NCBI GenBank assembly: GCA_963720265.1
Contig: CAVRET010000001.1
Coordinates: 325,916-389,915, forward strand
Length of the DNA: 64,000 nt
Direction: 5' to 3'
Source of the DNA: an uncultured bacterium
GTDB taxonomy: Bacteria; Patescibacteriota; Saccharimonadia; UBA4664
Translations under genes and position numbers: made by a program
Shown: piece after piece, positions 9,821 to 17,653 of the stretch
Numbering within the stretch: the first letter of the stretch is position 1
Layout of the letters: each line of letters opens with the position of its first letter
Notes under the pieces: model-generated
What the model saw: only the letters and a program-made list of their open reading frames with translations
The model's database searches: none
What the model was told of the DNA's origin: nothing

Positions 9821-10417
9821 TTATTCATACCCTTTTGATGCGAGCATAAGGTAGATGACATAAGGAATAATACCGCCAGCGTTTATCGAGGCAGCCATAA
9901 TAAACAAAAAGGTATAGCTGAAGTGGGTAACTATGTAAGAGCCGGCTGCCATTGTAATTACGATTAGGGACATGTTGAGCGCATCAGTAGCACCCCACTC
10001 TTGGCTGGCCTGCTCAGGTTTGATGTATTTTGCCACCAGAGCCAACTTGGCTGGATAGGCCAAAGCCCAACCTAGGCCATTTAAGCCCCACATAACAGAC
10101 AAACCTAACGTGTTGCTAACTAGATTAAAACCGATATAGCTTGCACTTATGGCCGCCATGCCGACGATAATAATTTCAATTTTGCGTTGCTCGGACAGTC
10201 TCGAACTAGTGCGGCCAAATACTAGCTCTGTGATGATCCTGACTATAAAGCCAGCAATCAATGCCGTTGTGGCGGATTCGACTGTGCCGCCGGGTATTTT
10301 GGTAGTGACATACAGGGCGAACAGGATGTTCACCACATTTAGCGATGAATAAAGGAGCGCGTCGGATATTATAAATGCTTTAATGAATGGATTTACGCGC
10401 TTTGAGAAATACCCCAC
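9821..10417 (-). CDS. Polytopic membrane protein with ~5-6 TM segments, possibly a truncated transporter.
   Basis: 198 aa, strongly hydrophobic segments throughout. Lower GC. No definitive family. Confidence 0.5.
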   Translation of the reverse strand: MGYFSKRVNPFIKAFIISDALLYSSLNVVNILFALYVTTKIPGGTVESATTALIAGFIVRIITELVFGRTSSRLSEQRKIEIIIVGMAAISASYIGFNLVSNTLGLSVMWGLNGLGWALAYPAKLALVAKYIKPEQASQEWGATDALNMSLIVITMAAGSYIVTHFSYTFLFIMAASINAGGIIPYVIYLMLASKGYE

Positions 10418-10536
10418 ATGGCTATTTTATCGTATGACAGTCTCGGTACCAAAACGCTTTCGTAATTTCTGGGAGATTGTATATATAGTAAGGCTCTGCG
10501 CAGCCGTAAGTAATACCTGTCGTTTCCTGCCACGGT

Positions 10537-10572
10537 TCCAAACAACACCCCACCTGCTTCTAGGTGGGGTGT
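10537..10572 (-). terminator. Putative intrinsic terminator hairpin downstream of 10600..11307.
   Basis: Perfect inverted repeat aacaacaccccacct-gcttct-aggtggggtgttgtt. Followed on the minus strand by TTTGG. Confidence 0.4.
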
Positions 10573-10599
10573 TGTTAAACGCTTGTTAGGACTTTTGAA

Positions 10600-11307
10600 C
10601 TAACCGCCGATGTAAATGCCGCCTGGGACCGAGAACCAGTTGGTTGAATTGTTCCCCATGGCACCAATTTCCCAAACTTGATTGCTCTTCCCAAGATCCT
10701 GGAGGCCTACGGGATATGAATTGCCATCAGCATAATAGTTATCACTCCACAATCGGCTCGCCAGGTTGGCGTCGGGAATTTGTCCACCGGCGCCGCCATA
10801 AACAAACATTGTGCCTGGGCCGCCGCCTTGACCGGTGCTCAAGTAGTTACACTGCGTGAGGATGCCGTAATAGCTGCTGTTACTGGAGGTGCCAACACAG
10901 CCGAGTACATCACCAGTCGAAGTACTGTAGCCGACTGCCTCGAGAATCGTGTCACCTTCATTGCCGCTGTTCATACCACTGCCAACTGTGAAAGGGCAGG
11001 TTGAGGATACTGCTGCGGAGCCGCCGCAGGCGTCCATAGCCTCGAGCCAGAAATACTCGTTATTGTCACCATCATTGGTATAGGTAATGATGGTGCATCC
11101 TTGACCCGTGCATCCGGCTTTACGATTTAGGGCAAGACCGTTGCCGTCCAAAATCTGGTTGGGTGCGGACGCGCTAGCGATACCTGTCAAGCCGAATGTA
11201 GTAACCCCGGCGATTAACAAGGCTAAGGCGGAAAGCCCAGTCGCCGAGGTGAGCGAGTGCCGCAGGCGACTACCCCCACCCATGAGTGATTTCAATCTAC
11301 CGTACAT
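10600..11307 (-). CDS. Secreted hypothetical protein (Gly/Ser/Cys-rich).
   Basis: Start chosen at ATG 11307, 7 nt after a strong SD GAAGGAGG. Signal peptide MYGRLKSLMGGGSRLRHSLTSATGLSALALLIAGV. The ORF is open up to 11349. Confidence 0.6.
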   Translation of the reverse strand: MYGRLKSLMGGGSRLRHSLTSATGLSALALLIAGVTTFGLTGIASASAPNQILDGNGLALNRKAGCTGQGCTIITYTNDGDNNEYFWLEAMDACGGSAAVSSTCPFTVGSGMNSGNEGDTILEAVGYSTSTGDVLGCVGTSSNSSYYGILTQCNYLSTGQGGGPGTMFVYGGAGGQIPDANLASRLWSDNYYADGNSYPVGLQDLGKSNQVWEIGAMGNNSTNWFSVPGGIYIGG

Positions 11308-11411
11308 CGAGCAGCCTCCTTCGTTGGCTATTATTAAGCGTACGAACAAGATCCTTACTTATTTGCCTATCATGGTAATGATTACATTTTTCGCGGTCAA
11401 GAACCATTGCG

Positions 11412-12041
11412 TTAATAGTGTAGCGATTCGAATATCTTTTTGGCAGTTGTAAAGTCCGGCGAATCTTTAATTTGGTTGACTGTAAAAGTGGGTAATACGC
11501 CCGTTTTTACCGGCGCATGATGAGGAGCATAACAAAATGAATTAACGGGCACTAAGGTCGGGGCAACACTTTTATTCACAAAGATATTCTTACTAATAAA
11601 GTCAAACGTTGATTTCGGCTGGGGCGACTGGGCTAGACATGCAGCCGTGGGCTCGGTCGGGTCTGTTCCGGGGAGCCCTACGGGAGCTTCAAAGACTAGA
11701 TACATGTTCTTGCCGAAAGCTGTTATTGGTACTGAGCCGAAAACTCTGGACTGCAGGGTCTTTGGACAAGCCTGGCCGGCATCCAGAGTTACCTGAGACT
11801 GCGTTGGACTGTTGAGTGTGACCAAATCTTGGCCCGGGTAGGTACAGTAGTGCAGACTTTCTGGAATTGCAACAGACTGGCTGGATCGCAGCCAGCTGTT
11901 CGGGTACTGATATGACATTTTCTCATATTGGAGCGAAGCTGACTTCCAGTTGCTGTGATGTTGATTACGATAAATTAGGAGAATCAGTCCGGTCATCAAT
12001 ATCGCACATACGGCGACGATAACAGTCCATTTAACCTTCAT
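11412..12041 (-). CDS. Membrane-anchored hypothetical protein.
   Basis: Start at MKVKWTVIVAVCAILMTGLILLIY (single N-terminal TM), then a soluble domain. No recognised family. Confidence 0.5.
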   Translation of the reverse strand: MKVKWTVIVAVCAILMTGLILLIYRNQHHSNWKSASLQYEKMSYQYPNSWLRSSQSVAIPESLHYCTYPGQDLVTLNSPTQSQVTLDAGQACPKTLQSRVFGSVPITAFGKNMYLVFEAPVGLPGTDPTEPTAACLAQSPQPKSTFDFISKNIFVNKSVAPTLVPVNSFCYAPHHAPVKTGVLPTFTVNQIKDSPDFTTAKKIFESLHY

Positions 12042-12293
12042 GTGCCCCTTCTTCGCTGTTGCTCCTAGCCTCATATTTGATAGGGGCTAGTGTACGATTA
12101 TCGAACTAGAGGTTATCGCCGGCATAGCCTGGAAACGTATGGACGTGAGAGTGCCAAACGGGCAACTATAGTCTTTGGGTTGGTGACCGTACATGACAGG
12201 GATTATAGCGCGCGAAGGTACGATTGATAAATTATTATGATGTTGTCTTGGCAGGAGCTAGTGCACGGTTATTGAACTCTGCGAGGACGTTGT

Positions 12294-13802
12294 ATGGCAC
12301 GAGATAAGTTCTTTGCTATAGTGAAATTTATGGAAAAGATTGGACTTGGTTATTTAACGGCTAGTGAGTTTGTATCTAGGCGATCAAGGACACTCACAGA
12401 TGATCCAAATGCGAGGCTGAATGAAGAGCACGAAATTGGGCAATATCTTGCCAAACTTGACCCCTCCTATAGGGACGCGATCGATTCCCTCGCCAAGACA
12501 AGAGACGAACCATTATGCAAAGAGATTGATACAGTCGTTACAATCATTGCGACCCAAGAAGGTTCAAGAATTGGGCACACATTAAATTCATATCTAAACC
12601 AAGATCTAGATCCGAAATTCTTTGAGATAATTATCTATGATGACCACTCGAGTACTATTTCTCGCGATAATACCTCAGAAGAGGTAGACAAATTTAAAAA
12701 AGCCAATCCGAACATTTCCGTCATCTATGCCTATAGAGTCAGGCAAGACGATGAATTCGCCACAGTTGGTAACGCGCGAAAGTATGGTTTTGATGTGGCG
12801 CTTGCAAGAATAGACGCTCGGGGTAAAAGCAACCACGAGACTATACTGATTAGTAACGATGCCGATACTGTTGAGCTAGACAAACACTATCTTTCAGCAA
12901 TCAGGCACGAGTTTCAGGTAAATACTGCGGCAGACGCGCTCGTAACACCAAGCACAGTGCCATTATCTGCAATGCGCAAACCCAATGTCTACGCCGCACT
13001 TGCGTTGTGGGATGCCATTGATGACTTTGTTGCCAAGCAAGAACCGCGCAATCTGGAAGGCAGAAGCAGTGCTTATAGAGCGTCAATCTATGCGGCGGTG
13101 GGCGGCTATAACCCGAAAGGGAAACTGGCCGGTGACCTGGAGACGGGATTTCTGATCGCAGATGCCAGGGGCTGGGATCCTCGCAGTGTGATTCAATTCG
13201 CAAAAACAGGGCTGTTAACTGACCCACGGAGAGTGTTGGAATCTGTGGCTAGTCGTATACCAATTAATGAGATGTACTATAAATTTGTATCGAGCCCAGA
13301 GGTGAGACACGCTAATAATGCTCAATTGCTTGATATGATTCCAGATAGTTTGGATTGGGAGCTGTTCGAGGAAGACGCCGATAGCTTTTTGGCTGGTGGC
13401 GATACCGGGATGTATAAGTGGCGAGGTGAAAGATTCAAAACTGACTTTAAGCAAGCGATGGGCAAAATCGGCGCTCAGTTTGTGACCAAGGGCAACCGGC
13501 TGTATTTAACCAACATCGACCAACTTATAGACAACTACAAGCATGATTTTGGTGATACACCACAGATCATTCATTCAACCCGACGGCCCTACGATCGGGA
13601 TAGGATAAAAAAAATTAAATTATTCTTCTCAACAGTCTCCGATAGCGCCATAGCCTGTCGAAAAAAACTTGCCGACCAGATTGCACAGGACCTCGAGCTC
13701 GCAAATCAACGAAATGATCTTAAACAAATAAGACACCTTCAAGGACAGTATGAAAGGTTTGCCGGGCATTTATACAAGCAACATAGCCGGCTAAGCAGTT
13801 AA
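12294..13802 (+). CDS. Glycosyltransferase family 2-like protein, 502 aa, in an AT-rich islet.
   Basis: VVTIIATQEGSRIGHTLNSYLNQDLDPKFFEIIIYDDHSS resembles the GT2 N-terminal signature (xIIIPtyN...FEIIvvDDgS). ILISNDADT supplies a DxD-like motif. Local GC is clearly lower than the flanks. Confidence 0.55.
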   Translation: MARDKFFAIVKFMEKIGLGYLTASEFVSRRSRTLTDDPNARLNEEHEIGQYLAKLDPSYRDAIDSLAKTRDEPLCKEIDTVVTIIATQEGSRIGHTLNSYLNQDLDPKFFEIIIYDDHSSTISRDNTSEEVDKFKKANPNISVIYAYRVRQDDEFATVGNARKYGFDVALARIDARGKSNHETILISNDADTVELDKHYLSAIRHEFQVNTAADALVTPSTVPLSAMRKPNVYAALALWDAIDDFVAKQEPRNLEGRSSAYRASIYAAVGGYNPKGKLAGDLETGFLIADARGWDPRSVIQFAKTGLLTDPRRVLESVASRIPINEMYYKFVSSPEVRHANNAQLLDMIPDSLDWELFEEDADSFLAGGDTGMYKWRGERFKTDFKQAMGKIGAQFVTKGNRLYLTNIDQLIDNYKHDFGDTPQIIHSTRRPYDRDRIKKIKLFFSTVSDSAIACRKKLADQIAQDLELANQRNDLKQIRHLQGQYERFAGHLYKQHSRLSS

Positions 13803-15265
13803 AATTTTTTCTCTCCGCCGCCGCCACGTTCCGGCCCCTGAGGTCTTTCTGATTCCAGCATTCGTTTAAGAGCCATATCTATTTCTGGTACAAAATGACG
13901 TGCCTCATCGCTCTCACGAAGCTCAACCGGCGAGGCAAGACCTTCTATCTCGTGAATTATGGGCCGGTCTTTATCGTAAAACGCCTTGTCCAGAGCTAGC
14001 TCATTGATCTTAGTTACTTGCCTGAATTCAAGGTGCCCAATCTCGTTGCCGGCTGCGTTGCCAATGTACAACTTATCTGCCTCGAGCCCCTCGATAAATA
14101 GTCCTCCTATGCGCGCCTTATTGATAAGCGCTCTTTGCATAATTGATTCTCCAAAATGAAATTCCTGCATAACCCCTTCGTGCAAGTTTAGTAAACCTAG
14201 CCTGGCTTGCTCACAGTACATTTTCTCTACGCCCTCACCCCTTGAAAAATACATTTCGCCGATGTGCGACTCGCCCATGCGAAGTTCGTGTGCCCTGATT
14301 TCGCCTGCATTAAATTGACGACAGCTCAGACGGTCTAAGTACACTGCCTGCGCAGCCCCTCTTTCACCGAATATGTTCTCTATACTGGCACTGCCAAAGC
14401 GGATATCCCGAAAGTTTCCGTCAGCCAAAAAGCAGTCGCGAAATTGAGCTCCCTGAAACTCCATCTCATCGAATCTGCTTTCTGAGAAATCTACCAACTC
14501 AGCTTTGCTCTCCCCGAGATATACTCTCAATGCAGAAAAGTCGCCCCTACCAAAATTGAGCGTCTCAAGTTCAACCTCTATATGAAGTTCGCCCCGAGTA
14601 TCTTCACCGGTTTCTGGAACCACCCTGTAAGCTCCGAGTCTCGAAAGATCTGGATCTTCGGCTAAATAGTGGAGAAACTCGTTTGGCGTGATGACAAGTG
14701 CCTCTCTTTCGAGATCGCTATCTTTTTCTGCTCGCGAGTCACTTCCCTCCCCAGCGATTCCCGGCTCTTCTGAATCAATGAGCCGATGTGTATTTGCAGC
14801 TAAACTCTCCGGGTTGAATCCCGAGGAATTTAGCCGTTCGAGATATACAATACCGGCTCTTAAGCGGCCACCCTCGATGGTCCCTATTGCCGCATCGTCG
14901 AAGAATACTTCTGGCGCTGTAAACTCATCAAAGTGGCACTCCGCTAGTTTTGCTTGATCAAAGTAGAGCCGGCTTGCACGAGCGGCAGAAAATAACAACT
15001 GCTCAGCTTCCAAATCATCAAAATACAAATCGGTAAATCTAGAAGTTCCAAAGTCTACAGATTCGGCTTTTGTTTTCGACAAAGCTACAAAGCCATCAGT
15101 AAAATCACCATTACCAAAATGTACACTCCGGCCTTCAAAATCGATATCGATAGGGAAAATCGTTTGACCCTCCCTGGGCACAACCCTATATTCTCCCAGT
15201 CTCCTTAGATCAGGATCTTGAATCAATTCGGTCCATAATTCCTTAGTTGTAAGTTCTCGAATCAT
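13799..15265 (-). CDS. Pentapeptide-repeat protein with an internal tandem duplication.
   Basis: Start set at MIRELTTKELW; the ORF's upstream extension overlaps tRNA-Trp. Two homologous halves begin DPDLRRLGEYRVVP and DPDLSRLGAYRVVP. Runs of 5-residue repeats with F/L at position 5 (ESVDF GTSRF TDLYF DDLEA EQLLF ...). Confidence 0.65.
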   Translation of the reverse strand: MIRELTTKELWTELIQDPDLRRLGEYRVVPREGQTIFPIDIDFEGRSVHFGNGDFTDGFVALSKTKAESVDFGTSRFTDLYFDDLEAEQLLFSAARASRLYFDQAKLAECHFDEFTAPEVFFDDAAIGTIEGGRLRAGIVYLERLNSSGFNPESLAANTHRLIDSEEPGIAGEGSDSRAEKDSDLEREALVITPNEFLHYLAEDPDLSRLGAYRVVPETGEDTRGELHIEVELETLNFGRGDFSALRVYLGESKAELVDFSESRFDEMEFQGAQFRDCFLADGNFRDIRFGSASIENIFGERGAAQAVYLDRLSCRQFNAGEIRAHELRMGESHIGEMYFSRGEGVEKMYCEQARLGLLNLHEGVMQEFHFGESIMQRALINKARIGGLFIEGLEADKLYIGNAAGNEIGHLEFRQVTKINELALDKAFYDKDRPIIHEIEGLASPVELRESDEARHFVPEIDMALKRMLESERPQGPERGGGGEKKF

Positions 15266-15300
15266 TTTCCGCTGATATCTCCAAACATTATGAATATTTC

Positions 15301-15376
15301 TGGCAGGGGTGGCAGGGCTCGAACCCGCGACAACCGGTTTTGGAGACCGGTGCTCTACCAACTGAGCTACACCCCT
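15301..15376 (-). tRNA. tRNA-Trp (anticodon CCA), 3' CCA encoded.
   Basis: Reverse complement AGGGGTGTAGCTCAGTTGGTAGAGCACCGGTCTCCAAAACCGGTTGTCGCGGGTTCGAGCCCTGCCACCCCTGCCA. Cloverleaf with 7-bp acceptor, anticodon loop CTCCAAA, T-loop TTCGAGC. Confidence 0.85.
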
Positions 15377-15480
15377 ATGAAAGCTTGTATGTGGGACGGA
15401 ATTATTTTACTGCAATAGCTGGGTGTACGCCAGGCGCATTACGCTTTAGTATCTTAAGGGTAGGTTATGAGGAGGAGCAT

Positions 15481-16395
15481 ATGCTCGAACTTTCAGATGA
15501 ACGTATGCGGACAGCAGCGGCGCTTGTGCCCAAGATCGAGAACTCACGGGTGGCGATTGCGGCGCCCGGAGACGGCCCCGGGTTTTGGACTGGAGCGCCG
15601 AGCGCTGTCGAGGCTGACGGAATGATCTATCTGGCATATCGCCTGCGGCGGCCGGTGGCCCAGGGCCGCGGGCAGGGCGTGGTGATTGCGAAGTCGCGCG
15701 ATGGGGTGAAATTCGACAGTTTGGTGATGATCCGTAAGGATGATATGGATGCGGAGTCGTTAGAACGACCGGCACTTGTACGGACGGGCGATGGGAAATG
15801 GCGGCTATACGTGAGCTGCGCTACGACTGGCACTAAGCACTGGCGGGTGGAGGTGCTTGAGGCAGATGATCCGGCTAAGTTTGATGCGACTACGCGCCGC
15901 GTGGTGTTGCCGGGTGATGAGCGTTGGGCAGTGAAAGATCCCGTGATTCGGATTGCCGGCGGAGTGTGGCATTTGTGGGCATCGTGCCATCCGCTTGATA
16001 TACGAGGCCAGGAGGATCGGATGGTAACCAATTATGCCACGAGTACGGACGGTATCAATTGGAAGTGGCGGGGGACGGCACTTGATGTACGTCCGGGTCA
16101 GTGGGACGCGCGCGGCGTGCGCGTAACTGCGGTGATGATCGAGCCGTGGCAAATAACGGCATTTTACGACGGGCGGGCGACGGCCGAGGAAAACTTTGAT
16201 GAGCGGACAGGCGTGGCGGTTGGCGCCGCGCCGGGCAACCTCTCAGCAGCCGGTGACGCGCCGATTGCCGAGTCGGCCGAAGTTAAGGCGCTGCGGTATC
16301 TAGACATTGTGCCATTAATGAACGGTGGGCATAGGCTATACTACGAGCTGGCCCGGCCCAATGGTTCGCACGAGCTCAGAACTGAGCTGCGTTAG
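15481..16395 (+). CDS. Beta-propeller glycoside-hydrolase-like protein (GH43/GH32/GH130-type fold).
   Basis: Start at ATG 15481, preceded by AGGAGG. Recurring blade-like motifs: SRDGVKF, RPALVRTGDGKWRLYVS, DPVIRIAGGVWHLW, YATSTDGINWKW, FYDGRA. Confidence 0.55.
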   Translation: MLELSDERMRTAAALVPKIENSRVAIAAPGDGPGFWTGAPSAVEADGMIYLAYRLRRPVAQGRGQGVVIAKSRDGVKFDSLVMIRKDDMDAESLERPALVRTGDGKWRLYVSCATTGTKHWRVEVLEADDPAKFDATTRRVVLPGDERWAVKDPVIRIAGGVWHLWASCHPLDIRGQEDRMVTNYATSTDGINWKWRGTALDVRPGQWDARGVRVTAVMIEPWQITAFYDGRATAEENFDERTGVAVGAAPGNLSAAGDAPIAESAEVKALRYLDIVPLMNGGHRLYYELARPNGSHELRTELR

Positions 16396-16409
16396 CCGAA
16401 AGATAATCG

Positions 16410-16450
16410 CATTCTTTCTGGGGGCGCCGGTCAACGCAACCGACGCCCCC
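16410..16450. terminator. Bidirectional intrinsic terminator between convergent genes.
   Basis: ctgggggcg-ccggtcaacgcaaccga-cgcccccag hairpin followed by aattttta. Confidence 0.55.
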
Positions 16451-16457
16451 AGAATTT

Positions 16458-16973
16458 TTAGCCGTCTACTCCCTGCTCGTCCCAACTGATGTATCCAGCC
16501 ATCGTGGCAGCGGCAAGCAGCAGGATGTAGGGGTCCATGACCTCTTCGTCCGAGATGTTCAGCCGCGCCATGAGCTCGGTCCCGAGCGGTGGGCGCTTCG
16601 TATCGGATCGCCAGGATAGGTGTGTACGATCGGGGTAGCCGGTGATTTGCTCTTTGAGGAAGCCCGACTCCTCAGCTGTTAGCCTGATCGTTTTAGCAAT
16701 GCGATGCAGGCGGGCCAGGCCCGCGTCGTCGGGATACCTGTCTGCCAGTAGCTTCCAGCTGATGAACCTCCTGCTGAGGGCGATAACGAGCGCGGTGGCG
16801 ATGTTGTCGGTTTCGAACCTGACGACAATTCTCCTGCGATCTTCGCGTATGCGCTTCACTGAGCGATGCGTCATGTCAGCTATCTGGCCAATGGTGTACC
16901 CGCAGGACAGAAGTCCGAGGATGTCATTGGCGTTTATCGCCGGTATCGCGGCGACGTCGGCTTGCGGCGGCAT
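16458..16973 (-). CDS. Hypothetical protein with an N-terminal HTH-like segment (LuxR/sigma-region-4-like).
   Basis: NDILGLLSCGYTIGQIADMTHRSVKRIREDRRRI resembles a HTH DNA-binding motif. The remainder is unassigned. Confidence 0.4.
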   Translation of the reverse strand: MPPQADVAAIPAINANDILGLLSCGYTIGQIADMTHRSVKRIREDRRRIVVRFETDNIATALVIALSRRFISWKLLADRYPDDAGLARLHRIAKTIRLTAEESGFLKEQITGYPDRTHLSWRSDTKRPPLGTELMARLNISDEEVMDPYILLLAAATMAGYISWDEQGVDG

Positions 16974-17062
16974 GTCGCTACACCTCCCGGGGTGTGACGG
17001 ATTTGAGAGTCGCGTTCAGTAGGACGGGGAGCTATTTTACCCCTAGCGCGGCGAAATGTCGA

Positions 17063-17224
17063 CTATTTGGCTTCTTTGAATAAGACTTTTTTGCGCTTGA
17101 GTTTGGAATACTTGAGGGCGGTGATGCGCTCAGTGGTATTCTTGGGGTTTTTGGTAGTTGAGTAGACCATGGTGGGGTCTTCTTCCGCGCGCAGTGTGAT
17201 GACGGGGCGGTTGCGCTTAGGCAT
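17063..17224 (-). CDS. rpmG: 50S ribosomal protein L33 (Cys-less type).
   Basis: MPKRNRPVITLRAEEDPTMVYSTTKNPKNTTERITALKYSKLKRKKVLFKEAK. The core YSTTKNPKNTTERI..LKKY matches bL33 (YITTKNKRNTPDKLELKKY). SD GAAGGAG lies upstream. Confidence 0.75.
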   Translation of the reverse strand: MPKRNRPVITLRAEEDPTMVYSTTKNPKNTTERITALKYSKLKRKKVLFKEAK

Positions 17225-17420
17225 TGGGAATTTCTCCTTCTTTCGGGGTGATGCTTGAGGCAATAAAGTAAGCGAGTACGGTTGGGAACAGCCAAGTGGT
17301 GAGTGCAAGCACGATTACGATCAGGCGCACGACGGTGACGTCGATGTCGAAATAATCGGCGATACCGGCGCAGAGCCCGGTTATTTTCTTGTCCTTTTGC
17401 TTGAGCACGAGGCGCTTCAT
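17217..17420 (-). CDS. PspC-domain membrane protein.
   Basis: KKITGLCAGIADYFDIDVTVVRLIVIVLALTTW matches the PspC family signature (I.GVC.GLAeYfgiDptlVR), followed by a TM helix. Confidence 0.7.
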   Translation of the reverse strand: MKRLVLKQKDKKITGLCAGIADYFDIDVTVVRLIVIVLALTTWLFPTVLAYFIASSITPKEGEIPNA

Positions 17421-17451
17421 GGCGGCTTACGACTCCCTTAGACTAATTCTC

Positions 17452-17526
17452 TGGAGCCCAAGGTGGGGATTGAACCCACGACCCCTTCCTTACCATGGAA
17501 GTGCTCTGCCACTGAGCTACTTGGGC
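17452..17526 (-). tRNA. tRNA-Thr (anticodon GGT), CCA encoded.
   Basis: GCCCAAGTAGCTCAGTGGCAGAGCACTTCCATGGTAAGGAAGGGGTCGTGGGTTCAATCCCCACCTTGGGCTCCA. Anticodon loop ATGGTAA. Confidence 0.85.
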
Positions 17527-17597
17527 TTAGCGTACCCCGCAAACGATAGCATAAAAGGGTTACTACGGCAAGGTCTACGTTGGTGCAAAATGTTACA

Positions 17598-17625
17598 TTG
17601 CTCTTCATTGCGGTTATGCTAAAAT
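17598..17625 (+). promoter_or_regulatory. Putative sigma70-type promoter for the tail-fibre-like gene.
   Basis: TTGCTC - 16 nt - TAAAAT, about 30 nt upstream of the 17654 start. Confidence 0.35.
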
Positions 17626-17653
17626 TTAGCTGTACATGAGATGTGGAGTATAA

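Noticed and set aside
15265-15480. ORF-track N-terminal extensions of 13799..15361 and 15340..16395 that overlap tRNA-Trp.
   Set aside because: Both extensions run through the tRNA gene on the opposite strand. Downstream in-frame starts (15265; 15481 with AGGAGG) give sensible proteins.
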